A stretch of DNA of 63,812 nt, filler included, from Chiloscyllium plagiosum (lineage: Eukaryota), in assembly GCF_004010195.1 (NCBI RefSeq). It is 4 parts of one record of this genome, joined end to end, with 100 filler letters (N's around TTAATTAATTAA, not from the genome) between each part and the next. Parts side by side here need not be neighbours in the genome. Positions count along the whole stretch, not along the records: positions 1 to 20,694 come from NC_057713.1; 3 more parts are not named here. One strand, 5' to 3'. Position numbers and translations under genes: made by a program. This document shows, one piece after another, positions 1 through 13,041 of the stretch. The notes beneath the pieces are model-generated. The model worked only from the letters and a program-made list of their open reading frames with translations. It was not told where the DNA came from and made no database searches. The number at the start of each line of letters is the position of its first letter. Within the stretch, counting starts at the first letter, position 1.

Positions 1-595
1 GACTCATAACAGCCACGCTCAGACAACAACTCACCAGAATGAAGGACCCGATACCCAACATGAGCAAAACTAATGTAGTGTACAAAATCCTATGCAAGGA
101 CTGCACTAAACACTATATAGGACAAACAGGAAGACAGCTACCAATCCGCATACATGAACATCAACTAGCCACGAAACGACACGACCAGCTATCCTTAGTA
201 GCCACACAAGCAGACAACAAGCAACATGAATTCGACTGGGACAACACTACTATCATAGGGCAAGCCAGACAGAGAACAACCAGGGAATCCCTAGAGGCAA
301 TGAATTCGACTGGGACAACACTACTATCATAGGGCAAGCCAGACAGAGAACAACCAGGGAATTCCTAGAGGCATGGCATTCATCAACAAACACATCGACC
401 TGGACCCCAATATACAACCACTACAGCGGACAGCTGAAACTGACAACCGGAAGCGGCAGGGACAGACCACTGTAAACACCGGAGGAAACATCAAAAGAAG
501 CGCTTCGCAGGAGACTCCCAAGCACTGATGTCGCCTAGCCAGGGGACGAAACGTTTGCAACAAAAACTTCCAGCTCGGCGAACAGAACCACAACA
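1..595 (+). mobile_element. Penelope-like retroelement 3' part (GIY-YIG endonuclease C-terminus plus pLTR), truncated at the window edge
   Basis: ORF 39-332 reads NVVYKILCKDCTKHYIGQTGRQLPIRIHEH (GIY-YIG VVY...YIG motif). The same family occurs at 50384-51347. Internal 74-bp tandem duplication. Confidence 0.9.
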
Positions 596-750
596 TATAT
601 TTGAAAATTTGAGAAAAATGATGAAAGTCACAATTTTTTATTTCATTCTAATTTATGCATAGTCCATTGGATGACAATGATTATGATGATTCCTTATCCA
701 TAGTTACTGTGGTTTTACTGTATGTCAATATATTTTGCTATCATTTTTAG

Positions 751-834
751 GAAGAAGAAACCGTGGGAGGTGACCAGGATCAGGAAGAGAGGCGGTGGAA
801 CAAAAGAACCCAGCAAATGCTTCATGGTCTACAG
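751..834 (+). CDS. RAD21: RAD21 cohesin kleisin, penultimate coding exon (84 bp, phase 0/0)
   Basis: tttttag|GAA...CAG|gtaaga. Translates [28 protein letters not shown], matching vertebrate RAD21 [23 protein letters not shown]. Confidence 0.97.
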
Positions 835-1389
835 GTAAGATCATTTAAATAATATAATTTTATATATATATATAACTGATAACTTGTGCAGCTCAGTTAT
901 GTCAAATTTTATTGTTTCTTACAGATAGTTTCACCTATTTCCTTCAGAGATATATGTGTATGCACTGTGTTTCTAATTCTGTCTGAGAGTTGGATTTTAC
1001 ACCAAGTCTTAGGACTACCAGAAGAAAACAAAGGTCAAAATGCAGATTTTACAAAAACTCTTGTGTATGCTGCTAAACTGCTTGACCTTCAAAGGTCAAC
1101 AAAGGTTCACAACAATTTTTCATTGGATAACATGTTGAGAGTAAAATTAAGCAGACCTTTTGTATTTCAAAAGCAATATATTTCAGAAGTAAGCTACTTA
1201 TATTTTTATTTTCATTTATATTGAAGTAATGTTCTCCATTTGAGAATTCAACGTCAAAAGTGCACAATACAAACGTTTCATGGAATTTGAAAGCTAGGTT
1301 TATTGGAAGTAAGTGAGACAAAATGGGCTGTTTATCCAGGAGAATTTGTTACATCTGCCGTAGCTTTAGTAGAAAGATAAAACAACATT

Positions 1390-1862
1390 CTAATATTCTA
1401 AGAGAGCCAAGGAAGTTAAGGCAAATATTAAGGTGAAAGAAAAGGCAGATAAGGAGATGAAAGTTTATGATAGCTTTGAAGACTGGAATAAAATCAAAAT
1501 CCAGCAAAAGGAGACAAAACAATAATAGAGAGTAAATAACTTGAAGGGAAAACTTGCGAAGGATTAAAAACTGACAATAAAATAACAATGAAATGGTAAA
1601 GGGGTTGAAATAGGTATTTTGCATCAGTTTTTAAGGTGGAAGATACTTCGAACATCCCATTAATATGAAAGAATACCAGGTAGGAATTAAGTGCTACCAC
1701 CAGAGATGTCTTATTAGACAGACTAAAAGTGCTAAAAACAGGTAAGCTCATTGGGCCTGATAGCTTTCATGTTAGGATCCTGAAAAAAGTAGCTACAAAG
1801 ATAGTGTTTGTGTTGATTGTAATTTTCAAAAAATTGTTTGATTCTGGAGAAGTGCTGGAGGA
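1390..1862 (+). mobile_element. Degenerate CR1-type LINE ORF2 fragment
   Basis: GPDSFHVRILKKVATKIV resembles the CR1 pre-RT motif GPDGxHPRxLKEVA. Confidence 0.65.
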
Positions 1863-1864
1863 GC

Positions 1865-2015
1865 ACACCCCCCCCCCCAACCCCTTCCATTTATCTCTCA
1901 GTCCTGGCCCACAAGCCTTATTCCTGACGAAGGACTTATGCCTGAAATGTTGATTCTCCTACTCTTTGGATGCTGCCTGACCTGCTGTGCTTTCCCAGCA
2001 GCGCACTCTCGACTC
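1865..2015 (+). mobile_element. PLE family A pLTR fragment with degenerate hammerhead motif
   Basis: ttcCTGACGAaggacttatgcctGAAAtgtt followed by the family tail gatgctgcctgacctgctgtgc. Confidence 0.75.
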
Positions 2016-3180
2016 ATAGAGATACACGGCATGGAAACAGAACCTTTGGTCTAGTTTGTCTATGCCAACCAGATATCTTCACCTAATTTAGTCCTATTTA
2101 CCAGCATTTGGCACATATCCCTCCAAACCTTTCCTATTCCTATACCTATCTGTATGCCTTTTAAATGTTGTAGTTGTGCAGCTTCCACCACTTCCTCTGG
2201 CAGCTCATTCCATTCATACATCATTGCATGAAAAAGTTGCCCCTTTCATCCCTTTTAAATCTTTCTCCTCTCACCTTAAACCTATCCCCTCTAGTTCTGG
2301 ACTCCTACAACCCAAGGAAAAGACATTGTTTATTTACCCTATCTATTCCCCTCATGATTTTATAAACCTCTATAAGGTTACCCCATAACCTTTGATGCTC
2401 CAGACAAAATAACGCTAGTCTTTTCAGCCTCTCCCTATAGCTCAAATTCTCCAGGCCTGGCAACATATTTTCTTAAACTTTTCATGTTTCACTACATCCT
2501 TCCAATAATAGGGAGACCAGAATTGCATGCAATATTCCAGTTGTGGCCTAACCAATGACCTGTATAGCTTGACCTCGCAACTCCTATACTCAATGCACTG
2601 ACCAATAATGGAAAGCATACTGAAGGTGTATCTTCATAACTTATCTACCTGTGACTCCATTTTCCAGGAACTATGAACTTGCACTCAAGGTCTCTTTGTT
2701 CAGCAGTAACCCCCAGCACTTTACCATTACCTTTCCACAATGCAGCACCTCACATTTATCTAACTTAAACTCCATCTGCTACTCCTTAGCCCATTGGCCT
2801 ATCTGATCAAGATCCCATTGTTCTCTGAGGTAACCTTCTTCGTTGTCCACTACACCTCCAATTTTGATTTCATCTGCAAACTCACTAACTGTACCTCCTA
2901 TGTTCACATCCAATCGTTATAAAATATGAAGAGCAGCAGATCCAGTTCTGATTCTTGTGGCACACCGCTGGTCACAGGCCGCCAGTCTAAGAAGTGATCC
3001 TCCACCACCCCCTGTCTTCTATCTTTGAATCAGCTCTGTATCTAAATAGCTAGTTCTCCTTCTATTTTGTGTGACCTAACCTTGCTAACCAGTCTGTCAT
3101 GAGGAACCTTGTCGAAGGGCTTTCTGAAGTCCAAATAGATCATGTCCACTGCTCTGCCCTCACAATCCCCTTTGTTACTT
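2016..3180 (-). mobile_element. CR1/HER1-type LINE 3' portion
   Basis: Shares its tail and RT C-terminal sequence with 8700-9340 and 23888-24290. Confidence 0.85.
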
Positions 3181-3274
3181 CTAGCACCTTGCCAGTAGCT
3201 ATTGAGGATGCAAATATCTCACCAAAGGGCCCAGCAATCTCTTACCTAGCTTCTCATAGAGTTCTAGGGTTTGG

Positions 3275-3630
3275 AATTAATTATTAAAGAAGCAATAGCA
3301 GCACATTTAGAAAACCATAATTGAATCAAGTAGAGTCTGCATGGCTTTGTGAAAGGGGAATCGTATCTGACTAATTTATTAGGGTTTTTCAAGGAAGTCT
3401 CAACCGAATAGAGGGGAACCAATAAATGTATTGTATTTGGGCTTCCTGAAAGCATTTGACAAGGTACTTCATAAAAGGTTAAGTCATAAGGTGAGAGCGG
3501 ATGGTGTTGGGGGTAATATATTGACATTGATGGAGAATTGGCTAAAGAGCAGGAAACAGCAAGTGAAGATAATTACTACTTTGCCATGTTGGCAATCTGT
3601 AACCAGTAGAGTTGCACATGGATCAGTTTA
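3275..3630 (+). mobile_element. CR1-type LINE RT fragment
   Basis: [16 protein letters not shown]...ENWL..RKQQV...SVTSRVAHGSV corresponds to RT motifs YLDFxKAFDKV and GVPQGS. Confidence 0.85.
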
Positions 3631-4559
3631 GGAATTGATTATTAGATTGAGTGGAGAGGAATAGGTCAATTGCCCCTTCAAGATTGCTCCAGCATTCATT
3701 CAGATCTTGGCTGATCTGATTGTAACCTCATCTCCGCTTTCCTTCCTGCCTTCATTGTCAATTCCTCCCTTGCAGATAAAAATCTGCCTAACTCGCTCTT
3801 GAATATATTCAATGATCACCTCACCACCCCCACCACCATATTTCTGAGTTTAAAAAATTCTGAAGGTTAACAACCTCCTCAGAAAAGAAATTACTTCTCC
3901 TCATTGTCGCAAATTAAATCTCTTAATTCATTAGAAACTCCCCAAAGAGGAAAAATGTCCTCTCTGCAATTTCACAAGCAAGCTCCTTCAGAATCTTTTT
4001 ATATTTCTGTAAGATTGTCTCTCATTCTTCTAAACTACAATGAGTAAAAACCTAATCTTCTCAACCATCCTGACATAACAATCCCTTCATCCCACAAAGG
4101 AACCTTCAGTGAATGGCTTCCAATGCAAGTGTATCCTTCCTTAAAATTGGCTGTAGTGGTAATGTCCCTTTTTCTAAGTCAGGAGGCCTACATCCATTCT
4201 GTTTTGAGATTTTATTTAACATTAAAAATGATTATCTGTTCTTCAATAAAGAGACACTTTATTGTCTACAGTATTCTTGGTGTTGTCTCACCAACGACCG
4301 GTGCAATTGTAGCAGGATTTCCCTACTTTAATGCTGTGCTCCTCCTTTCAATGAAGGGCAACATATAATTTTCCTTCCTAATTATTTGTACCTGTGTGGT
4401 AATTGACTCATGTGCTGGACATCTCTGCACAGCACATTCTACAACGTTTCTCCATGTAAATGTTATCCTGAGACTGTTAAGATATAGGGGCAGAAGTAGG
4501 CTGTTTTGCCTATCAAGTCTGCTCCACTATTGCTCCACCATGCGATCATAGCTGACCTA

Positions 4560-4782
4560 GTTAAAAATCGCAAAACATCAGGTTATAGTCCAACAGGTTT
4601 AATTGGAAGCACTAGCTTTCGGAGCGCTGCTCCTTCATCAGATGATTGTGGAGTACCCCATTGCAAGACACAGAATTTTTGGTAGAAGTTTTACAGTGCA
4701 TCCAATGAAACCTGTTGGACTATAACCTGGTATTGTGTGATTTTTAACTTTGTACACCTCAGTCCAACACCGGCATCTCCAA
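4560..4782. mobile_element. Short inverted PLE/retrozyme-like element (family B) with 15-bp TSD
   Basis: ATCATAGCTGACCTA at 4545-4559 and 4783-4797. Inverted arms around aaacctgttggactataacctg. Confidence 0.85.
4613..4641 (-). ncRNA. Minimal type I hammerhead ribozyme motif (family B)
   Basis: Reverse strand: cat CUGAUGA A GGAGC agc GCUCC GAAA GC UA gtg. Perfect 5-bp stem II and palindromic AGCU stem III. Confidence 0.75.
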
Positions 4783-5789
4783 ATCATAGCTGACCTAATA
4801 ATCCTCAATGCCACTTTTCTAACTTTTTCCCACAGTCCTTGATTCCCTTAAAGGTTAAAAGTCTGTCCGTCTCAACTTTGAATGAACTTTATGACCCTGT
4901 TGAGGTATAGCCCCTTGTGTTAAGCATTCCACAGATTCATTACCCTCTTAGAGAGGAAATTCCTCTTCATTTCTGATTAAATGTGCAACCCTTTATTCTG
5001 AGATTAGGCCCTGAGGTCCTCGAATCTCCCACAAGAGAAACAACTTTTCTGCATCTACCCTGTCAATCCAGAATCTTTTAATATGTCACCTTTCAAACAT
5101 CTAAACCTCAATGAGTGTGGGCCCAACCCACTCACCCTCTCCTTGTAAGACAGCCCCTCCACGTATGAACAGTTTAGTGAACCTTCTCTGGACTGCTTCC
5201 AGTGCTAGTATTCCTTAAATAAGGGCCCATAACTGTTTTAAAATGTTCCAGCAGTGACCTGACTAATGCCTTGTACCAGTTGATTAAGACCTCCTTATTT
5301 TTCTACTCCATTCCCTTTGAAATTCGAGCCAACCTAGTTTGAACTTGTATTTGCCTTCCCTGTTACCTGCTGAACCTGTATGTGAGCTTTCTTTTGAATT
5401 ATGCATAATTGTCCACATCCCTATCTGCTTTAGCTTTCTGAAGTCTTTTTCCATTGAACTAATATTTAGCTCCTATTTTCTTCCTGACAAAATGCATAAC
5501 CTCAAATTTTCCCTGACCTACTTGCTTTATCTGTCTATATCACTCTACAGACTCTTCATGCCCATTTTTGTCATCTGCAAACTTAGCTGTGGTGCGTACA
5601 TTTTCCTCATCCATGTCATAATATATAGTAAATATTCTGCTTTTACTTAACCCCAATTGAAATCCCTTTGCAGACTGAATCGTCCTCACAACTTGCTTTC
5701 CTGCTTTGTATCATATACAATTTTGACTACAGTATACTCTGTCCCTCTATTCAAGTAATTAATGTAGTTTGTAAATATTTAATTGAGTC

Positions 5790-6570
5790 AGCAGCAGTCT
5801 GCGTCCATGTGCAACAAGTCCTGGATAGCATTCTGGTTTGAACTGGTTAACGGCAAATAATATTCATCTCTCGTAAGTGCCAAGCATGGACTATTTCCAA
5901 CAAAGGAGAGCTAATCACCATACTGCCATTCAATGGCCGAATCCCAGTGTTAGCATTCTGGGGGGGACGGGAGTTGAACAATTGACCAGAAGCTGAATTG
6001 GAACAGACATATGTGGCTATTAGAGCAGCTCAAATACTGGGAATTCTCTAAGTAACTGCTCTTCCAACTTCTCAAAGCCTGTTCACCATCTGCAAGGCAC
6101 AAGTAAGGAATGTGTTGGAATATTCTCCACTTTATTGGATGAATGCAACTCCACCAACACTCGAAGCTCGACCCAGGCTTGATTGATACCCCATCCAGCA
6201 CCTCAACATTTACTCCCTTCACCACTCATACACTGTGTGTACTATCCACAAGATGCATTACAGCAGTTTTATCTGACAGAATTGTCTAAATCTGCAGCCA
6301 CTACCACCTGGAATGTAAAGGGCATCGTGCACATCAGAATACCACCAACTGCAAGTTGCCCAATGCAAGTCTTTCAACATCCTGGAACTGCACTGCAATT
6401 CCTTCACTGTCAGTGGGTCAAAGTCTTGGAAATCCCACCCTAACAGTGCTGTGAGTGTATCTGTACTAGAGGCTGCCGTGGGTCAAGAATGTCAATTACC
6501 ATTATATTTCCAGGGCAGTTGGAGATGGACAATAAATGTTGCCCAAGCCAGTGATATTCATTTCCCAGGA
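5790..6570 (+). mobile_element. Degenerate L2/CR1-group LINE 3' portion
   Basis: Homologous to 57410-58630 (ttcaatggc...gaatccc; tail caataaatg...gccagtgat). Confidence 0.6.
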
Positions 6571-8699
6571 ATGGAGAAAAAAAAACTTATTCAAAGTCTT
6601 TGCTTCCTTGTCTTGCATTATCAATTCCCTAGTGTCATTTTCTCAATGTTCCCATTATTTGCTCCCTCTTTTATGTTCTTCTAGAAGCTCTGCTATTTTC
6701 TTACAGGTTCACACTCATTCTAATTGTTGCGTCTTTCTTGTCTTTTCAGTCATCTTTTGATTTCTAAAGTTTTCTGAAGCTCTTGGCATACCTGTGATCC
6801 TCACAGTATTGTATGCCTTTGCTTACAATTTGATATTATCCCTAACTTAACCAAACGTTTATTATATATTTCATTTAAAATGATTCTGTATGAGAGTTAT
6901 GAAATCATTCCTTAAATTGTCTGTCGCTATCACTAAAAAAGGTGATTTATTGTCCCATGTATTTTGTAGTGAAATACAACTAAATACAGTGAAAAGCTTT
7001 CATTTTGTAGCTATAATCCGAGGCCATTTTGATTGTTTTAAACTAAGAGAAAATGAAAAGATATAGTTTAAAAAGCAGTTCCTTTATGTATGAGTTCTCA
7101 GCTGGCTCAGAACCACCACCGCTTTACCAGACACAGCTAACATCAGATGCCATCTTTCGCCACTGGGCTGATTCACCTTTGACACTGCCCACACCAGTAT
7201 TGGATACTATCGCCACAGTTGATGTTTCCGTGGTGCCCTCCTGCCATTGCTTTGCTACCACTAGCACTGGACCCAGCTAACGACAAAGTAATTAGTCTTC
7301 AGGCACTGCTGGGTCTACCTTGTTGATGTCGCCTCAGAGCTCGCTCTACCCTTCGTGCTGGGCTCCAGGAGTCCTGCAATAATGGAAGGAGCTGACTGTT
7401 GCCACCACTGCCACGCATGCTCGGGACGCTGGGCATGCTCTTACTCTGCTGAAGATGCCAAGAAAGGTTTCAAAAGAGAGTAAAAAGGGATAAGAAAAAA
7501 AGAGTAGAAGTGAAATGAGAAAGAAAAGTAACAAAGAAAGCAGCTGGAAGTGGACAAGTCCCAGACCAGATCACATGTTGTGCTGCTACTCCGAGGCCAT
7601 TTTGGCAAATAACACATTACCAGGTTCAAAATTGTCCATTCGCTTGGCTGAGAAATTATCCTGAATCCACACTGAACTCATAGTCAAAACTCTATGCCAG
7701 TTTGATTTGACCAATCTGTATGAAGACTAAAACCTTTCATGTATCTAGCAGTGCCTTAATTACCAAACATCCTATTTCTTGATTTGTACTCAGCACAATT
7801 GTCAGACAACCTGTAAATACTCCATCAGTGACTTATTTTCTTTGCAATTATTGATATCCATTTGGCTGAGTTCATCCCTACGCATAGACTTACCCCATCT
7901 CGTTTTCCTCCTTCGTTGTCCTTTCAAAATGTCAGATGCATTTTGAATATCACCTTCCTGCCTTGCTCATTTTGTAACCATGATAGTTATCCATTCTGTA
8001 TACCGTATTCTCCGACTTTGATGTAATTTGCTGGTGCATTCTTACGTTTTGTGCATTCTGTTCCTTCCTGCCGCTTTCAGATTACCACTATCCTTCACTT
8101 CCCTTGATCTTTCTAATTAATGTCTTAAATCTCTTTCGCCCTGCCATCACCACCTGCAGCTGTTCAGCTTAAAAGCCTCATGGCTGTTCAGATATTGGTT
8201 AGGCCATTTTTGGAATACTGTATGCATATATGAATAATAAGGGTTTAGTTATGGGCAAAGTGCTGGCAAATGGGACTAGATTAGGTGAGGATATCTGGTC
8301 AACATAGACGAGTTGGACCGAAGAGTCTGTTTGCGTATTATACATCTCTGTAATTCTAAGTCCTAGTTGTTCATTTTGCTAGACAATGGTACACTTCAAG
8401 AAAAACTTGTCCAAGTGAAACAGGTTCTTTTTTCCACTCCTGTTCCAGAGCCCCATAAATTGAAACTTTTATGTTTCATATACCAAACTTTAAGTAACAC
8501 ATTCAGCTTTGATCTTATACCAATTTGCTCTTGATTTGAGTAGTAATCCAGAGATCATTCTCCTCTTCATGATCATGTCTTGACAATTAAAACTACTGCA
8601 GTTCAGAAAGAACTCACCAATTGATCACAGATATTGTTGGCCCCCACATGGACTGTGAAAAACTGCATCCCTCCCATTCTACATTTCTTTCCAGTTATG

Positions 8700-9340
8700 G
8701 AGTCATAGAGATGTACAGCATAGAAACAGACCCTTCGGTCCAACCTTTCCATGCCGACAGATATCCCAACCCAATCTAGTCCCATCTGCCAGCATCCGGC
8801 CCATATCCCTCCAAGCACTTCCTATTCATATACCCATCCAAATGCCTCTTAAATGTTGCAATTGTACCAGCCTCCACCACATCCTCTGGCAGCTCATTCC
8901 ATATATGTACCACCCTCTGCGTGAAAAGGTTGCCCCTCACGCCTCTCTTATATCTTTCCACTCTGACCCCAAACCTAAACCCTCTAGTTCTGGACTCCCC
9001 AACCCCACGGAAAAGACTTTGTCTATTTATCCTATCCATGCCCCTCATAATTTTGTAAACCTCTACAAGGTCACCCCTCATTTTCTGACGCTCAAGGGAA
9101 AACAGCCCAAGCCTGTTCAGCCTCTCCCTGTAGCTCAGATCCTCCAACCCTGGCAACAACCTTGTAAATCTTTTCTGAACCCTTTCAAGTTTCACAACAT
9201 CTTTCCGATAGGAAGGAGACCAGAATTGCACGCAATATTCCAACAAAAATGCAGCACCTCGCATTTATCTGAATTAAACTCTATCTGCCACTTCTCAGCC
9301 CATTGGCCCACCTGATCCAGATCCTGTTGTAATCTGAGGA
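8700..9340 (-). mobile_element. CR1/HER1-type LINE 3' end, relatively young, with an internal deletion near 9243
   Basis: ORF 8776-9264: LEYCVQFWSPSYRKDVVKLERVQKRFTRLLPGLEDLSYRERLNRLGLFSLE. Confidence 0.92.
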
Positions 9341-10654
9341 TTTCTCCTTGTGTCTGGCACCAGGCAACACAGTCTTAGTGTGACTTATGTCCTCAGCTAC
9401 AGAGACAAATATCCCCTAATTATACTGTTCCCTATTGCAAATTCTGATGGCAGAATTCCTTTTACTGTTTGATGCCAAGTTAAATGGTTTCCTGTTTGAC
9501 TATTCTCTAGTCAGTTTACTCATCTTCCCTGCAGACCCTTAGTTTGTCTATAGGGGATGCAACAGTTTCAAACTTGTTTGGAAATTGCAAGGGCTTAGGT
9601 TCCTCCAGTGTTACTTTCTAGATCCCCATGCTCCCTTACTAGTAGTCGCCACCACTTGTACCTAACCACAGACAAATCTGAAGTTCCTGATCAATGGAGT
9701 GTGGCTGACTTCTGCAACAATTGTGTAGGTAACTTTCTACCTCTTTCATGTGTTGTTAGTGTTTGAAGCTCATCAACTTGGAGCCAAAAGTCCTCAAGCT
9801 GCAGCCACTTACTGAATGTGTGGTTTTGTGAATCCTGTTGCTGTTCACCAGCTCCCACATGTTGCAGCTGCAGCACATCTGTTGTATTTTGTTTTACTAA
9901 TTAGGGCTTCAAGTCTTGAAAACCACTCACTTGTTATATGTGCTTATATTACATAGTTTTACTGATGCTCAGTAAATTCAACACAGTACTACATCTCTGC
10001 TCCTGTTTTGAACTATTGTCAGTTTAAAGAAAGAAAAGTGTAAAACACACCAACCAATCACCTGCCTGTTCGCTGAATTATTGCCTAATCTGTCTAGTGG
10101 ACCTGTGGTCTCATGTTTCTCACACTCTGTCAGATCACTCCTTGTCTTGTAAAGGACCAGTTCAGTACTCTGTCCAAGCTACACTTTGTTGAGCTAGCAT
10201 CCTTTTATTTGCAAAAGTTACCTTTAACTGTAACACTAAATAAAATCAGGAGGCGTGTTAAATGCTAACTACAAAATTTGACTTGGTTTTAGAAAGTGAT
10301 CAACCTTTTAAAGGATCTGGAATTCCCAATCAGCAAATTCCTGACTTAGATACTGTTTTAGAGAGAGTTCCAAGAGGAGTCTGAAGTCCTGGGTTCAGCA
10401 GCACAAATTGATCTTTATTCAGAGGTCCTAACCAATATAGCTATGGAAGAGGTCTTTGGAGGCAGTCTCCAAGGCACTCTAACAGTCACAGTCAAATATA
10501 GTACATGTATATATTCTCATGTTGCAATAGCCACATGCCACATTGATCTCATCAGTTCAATAGATTAACAACACTAAAAATTACCATTTCCTTTCAACAA
10601 ACAACATTGACCTGTACCTTCACTCTGACCTCGTCACACTGTTAGAACTTGTGT

Positions 10655-11797
10655 CAAAAAGTATGGTGCTGGAAAAGCAGAGCCGGGTCAGGCAGCATCC
10701 AAGGAGCAAGAGAGTTGACATTTCCAGCATAAGCTGGTCATCAGGAATGTGAGGGGGAATGTCCTTTGTTATGATTGGAGGGGTGGGGTTCAAGGGCAGA
10801 GGTGTGGGAAGTGGATGAGATGTGCTGAAGGGCATTGTTGACCACGTGAGGGAAAACTGCGGTCCTTGAAGCAGGAGGCCATCTGGGATGTTCTGGAGTG
10901 GAAATGGTACTCCTGGGAGCAGATGCAGAGGAATTGGGAGTAAAGGATAGCATTTTTGGTAGAGGCTGGGTGGGAGGAGGTGTACTCCAGGTAGCTGTGG
11001 GAGCCCGTATATTTGAAGTGGATGTCCATGTTGAGTCGGTCACTGTAAATGGAGAGGTCCAAGGAGGAGAGGGAGGTGTCCGAGAGGGTTCGAGTGAACT
11101 TGAGGTCAGGGTGGGAGGTGTTCACGAAGTTGATGAATGGTTCAACCTCCTTGTGGGAGCATGAGGTGGTGCAGATACAGACATCGATACAGCAGAGCAA
11201 AAGATGGGGAATGGTGCAGGTGTGGCTGCGGACGATAGACATTTCCATGTACTCGACGAAGAGGCAGGCATAGCTGGGGCCCATGCAGGAGCCAATGGCT
11301 ACCCCTTTTACACCTCTTGTGGTGGCAAGGGAAGATGCCGGGAATGGAGGTTGGGGAGGTGTGGACATAATGAGGAAGTTGCGGAGGGAATGGTCTCTGC
11401 AGGATGCTGAAAGAGGTGGGGAGGGAAATTTGAATAATTTTATCAATTTTTTGATCTCCCCTTGCCCCACCTTATCCCAGATCCAACCCTCCAACTTGGC
11501 ACTGCCCTACTTGTCCATCCTCCTTTCCACCCCTCTGCTCCACCCTCCACTCTGACCTATCACTATCACTCCCCACCTTCATCTACCTATCACATTCCCA
11601 GCTACCACCCACCCACCCCATCATTTATCTCTCAGCCACCTTGGGCCCCCGCACCCCCCACACATTCCTGATGAAGGGCTTATGCTCAAAACATCGACTC
11701 TGCTGCTCCGCTAATGCTGCCTGACCCAACTGTGCTTTTCCAGCAGCACACTTTTTGACTCTGATCTCCAGCATCTGCAGTCCTCACGTTCTCCCTA
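10655..11797 (-). mobile_element. Penelope-like element (family A): deleted RT/GIY-YIG internal part between inverted pLTR ends, 13-bp TSD
   Basis: GVAIGSCMGPSYACLFVEYME and LCCIDVCI...HPDLKFT (PLE RT motifs). TSD ttagaa(c/t)ttgtgt at 10642-10654 and 11798-11810. Confidence 0.88.
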
Positions 11798-12035
11798 TTA
11801 GAATTTGTGTAACCTTGTGACTGCTCGAAGTAATCATCTAATACTATTGCACCAGTGGTCACTTTGATCTCATCATAGTTATCTGTTGTTGGTCTTTGGA
11901 GTTTTTGATACTTCCTGTGTGTGTGTGTAAATGTGACTAACTGCAGATAACCTTTGTTCCCAACTGCTGACCATTCTTTCTGTACTGACAAATTGCACAA
12001 GTTTGCACTACTTATCTGGAAACATCGTACTTTTA

Positions 12036-12340
12036 GATTAGATTAGATTACTTAGTGTGGAAACAGGCCCTTCGGCCCAACAAGTCCACACCGCTCCGCC
12101 GAAGCGCAACCCACCCATACCCCTACATTTACCCCTTACCTAACACTACAGGCAATTTAGCATGGCCAATTCACCTTACCTGCACATCTTTGGACTGTGG
12201 GAGGAAACCGGAGCACTCGGAGGAAACTCACGCAGACACGGGGAGAACGTGCAAACTCCACACAGTCAGTCGCCTGAGGCGGGTATTGAACCCGGGTCTC
12301 TGGCGCTGTGAGGCAGCAGTGCTAACCACTGTGCCGCCCA
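12036..12340 (-). mobile_element. tRNA-derived SINE (HE1/V-SINE-like)
   Basis: Reverse strand: ggcacagtggttagcactgctgcctcacagcgcc...gggttcaat (A/B boxes) and (TCTAA)n tail. Nearly identical to 59922-60231. Confidence 0.88.
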
Positions 12341-12880
12341 CTCTTGCAGAAGTAACTCTCCTAAGTCTGTTTCTTACCAATATGTTTATTTCACTGTGCC
12401 ACGCTAAGCTTTAATCCTGCTTCCTCATGGTTTTCATCTCCAGGTATGGTGTTGTGTTTCCACGGCATTGAGCTAGCTTCTGGGCTCTCTCTCAAGTATG
12501 GGAATAGGCAGAAGGTGTGAGTTTACTGGGAAGTCTACCCTGCATGCAGGGGGAATGTCTGGTACTCTGTACTTGGCAAGTATGCTAATGCTTGATAATA
12601 TTTATAACTTATCCCAGTGCTCTTACCTGTAGATAAGGAGGTAAGAAAAGTATTGATATCACTGTCTGGTACCTTTTTCACATCTAAAGTTGAACTTACA
12701 TATTGATTGACGGCAGTGTCTAAATCATATAAAAGTCTGTGCGGCTGAAAAAGTCCTGAGTCTTTGTATGAGCTGCCCCCATGATGTCACTGAGAAAATC
12801 ACATCGACAAATATAGTATTAGAGTTAGGATTTTCAATTAGTTTTTAAGCTGACCAGGGACAGTGCAACACTAATAACTA

Positions 12881-13041
12881 CAGAGGAACCTCAATTATCC
12901 GGCATTCAATTATCCTAATTTTGGACCATCTGGACAACATTGCAAGGTTCCAATGCTTGACTAAACTGCGTTATCCGAACAATCGATTGTCCAAACAAAA
13001 TACTCCCCGCATGCGGCGTTTGGATAATCGAGGTTCCTCTG
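12881..13041. mobile_element. Tc1/mariner (Tigger-like) MITE, 161 bp
   Basis: TA|CAGAGGAACCTCaATTATCC...GGATAATcGAGGTTCCTCTG|TA. 20-bp TIR with one mismatch and TA TSD. Confidence 0.9.

Larger units (their letters stand above)
4470..5760 (-). mobile_element. Old CR1-type LINE 3' fragments, interrupted by the PLE-derived insert at 4560-4782
   Basis: Tail taagatataggggcagaagtaggc and degenerate RT C-terminal sequence. Confidence 0.6.
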
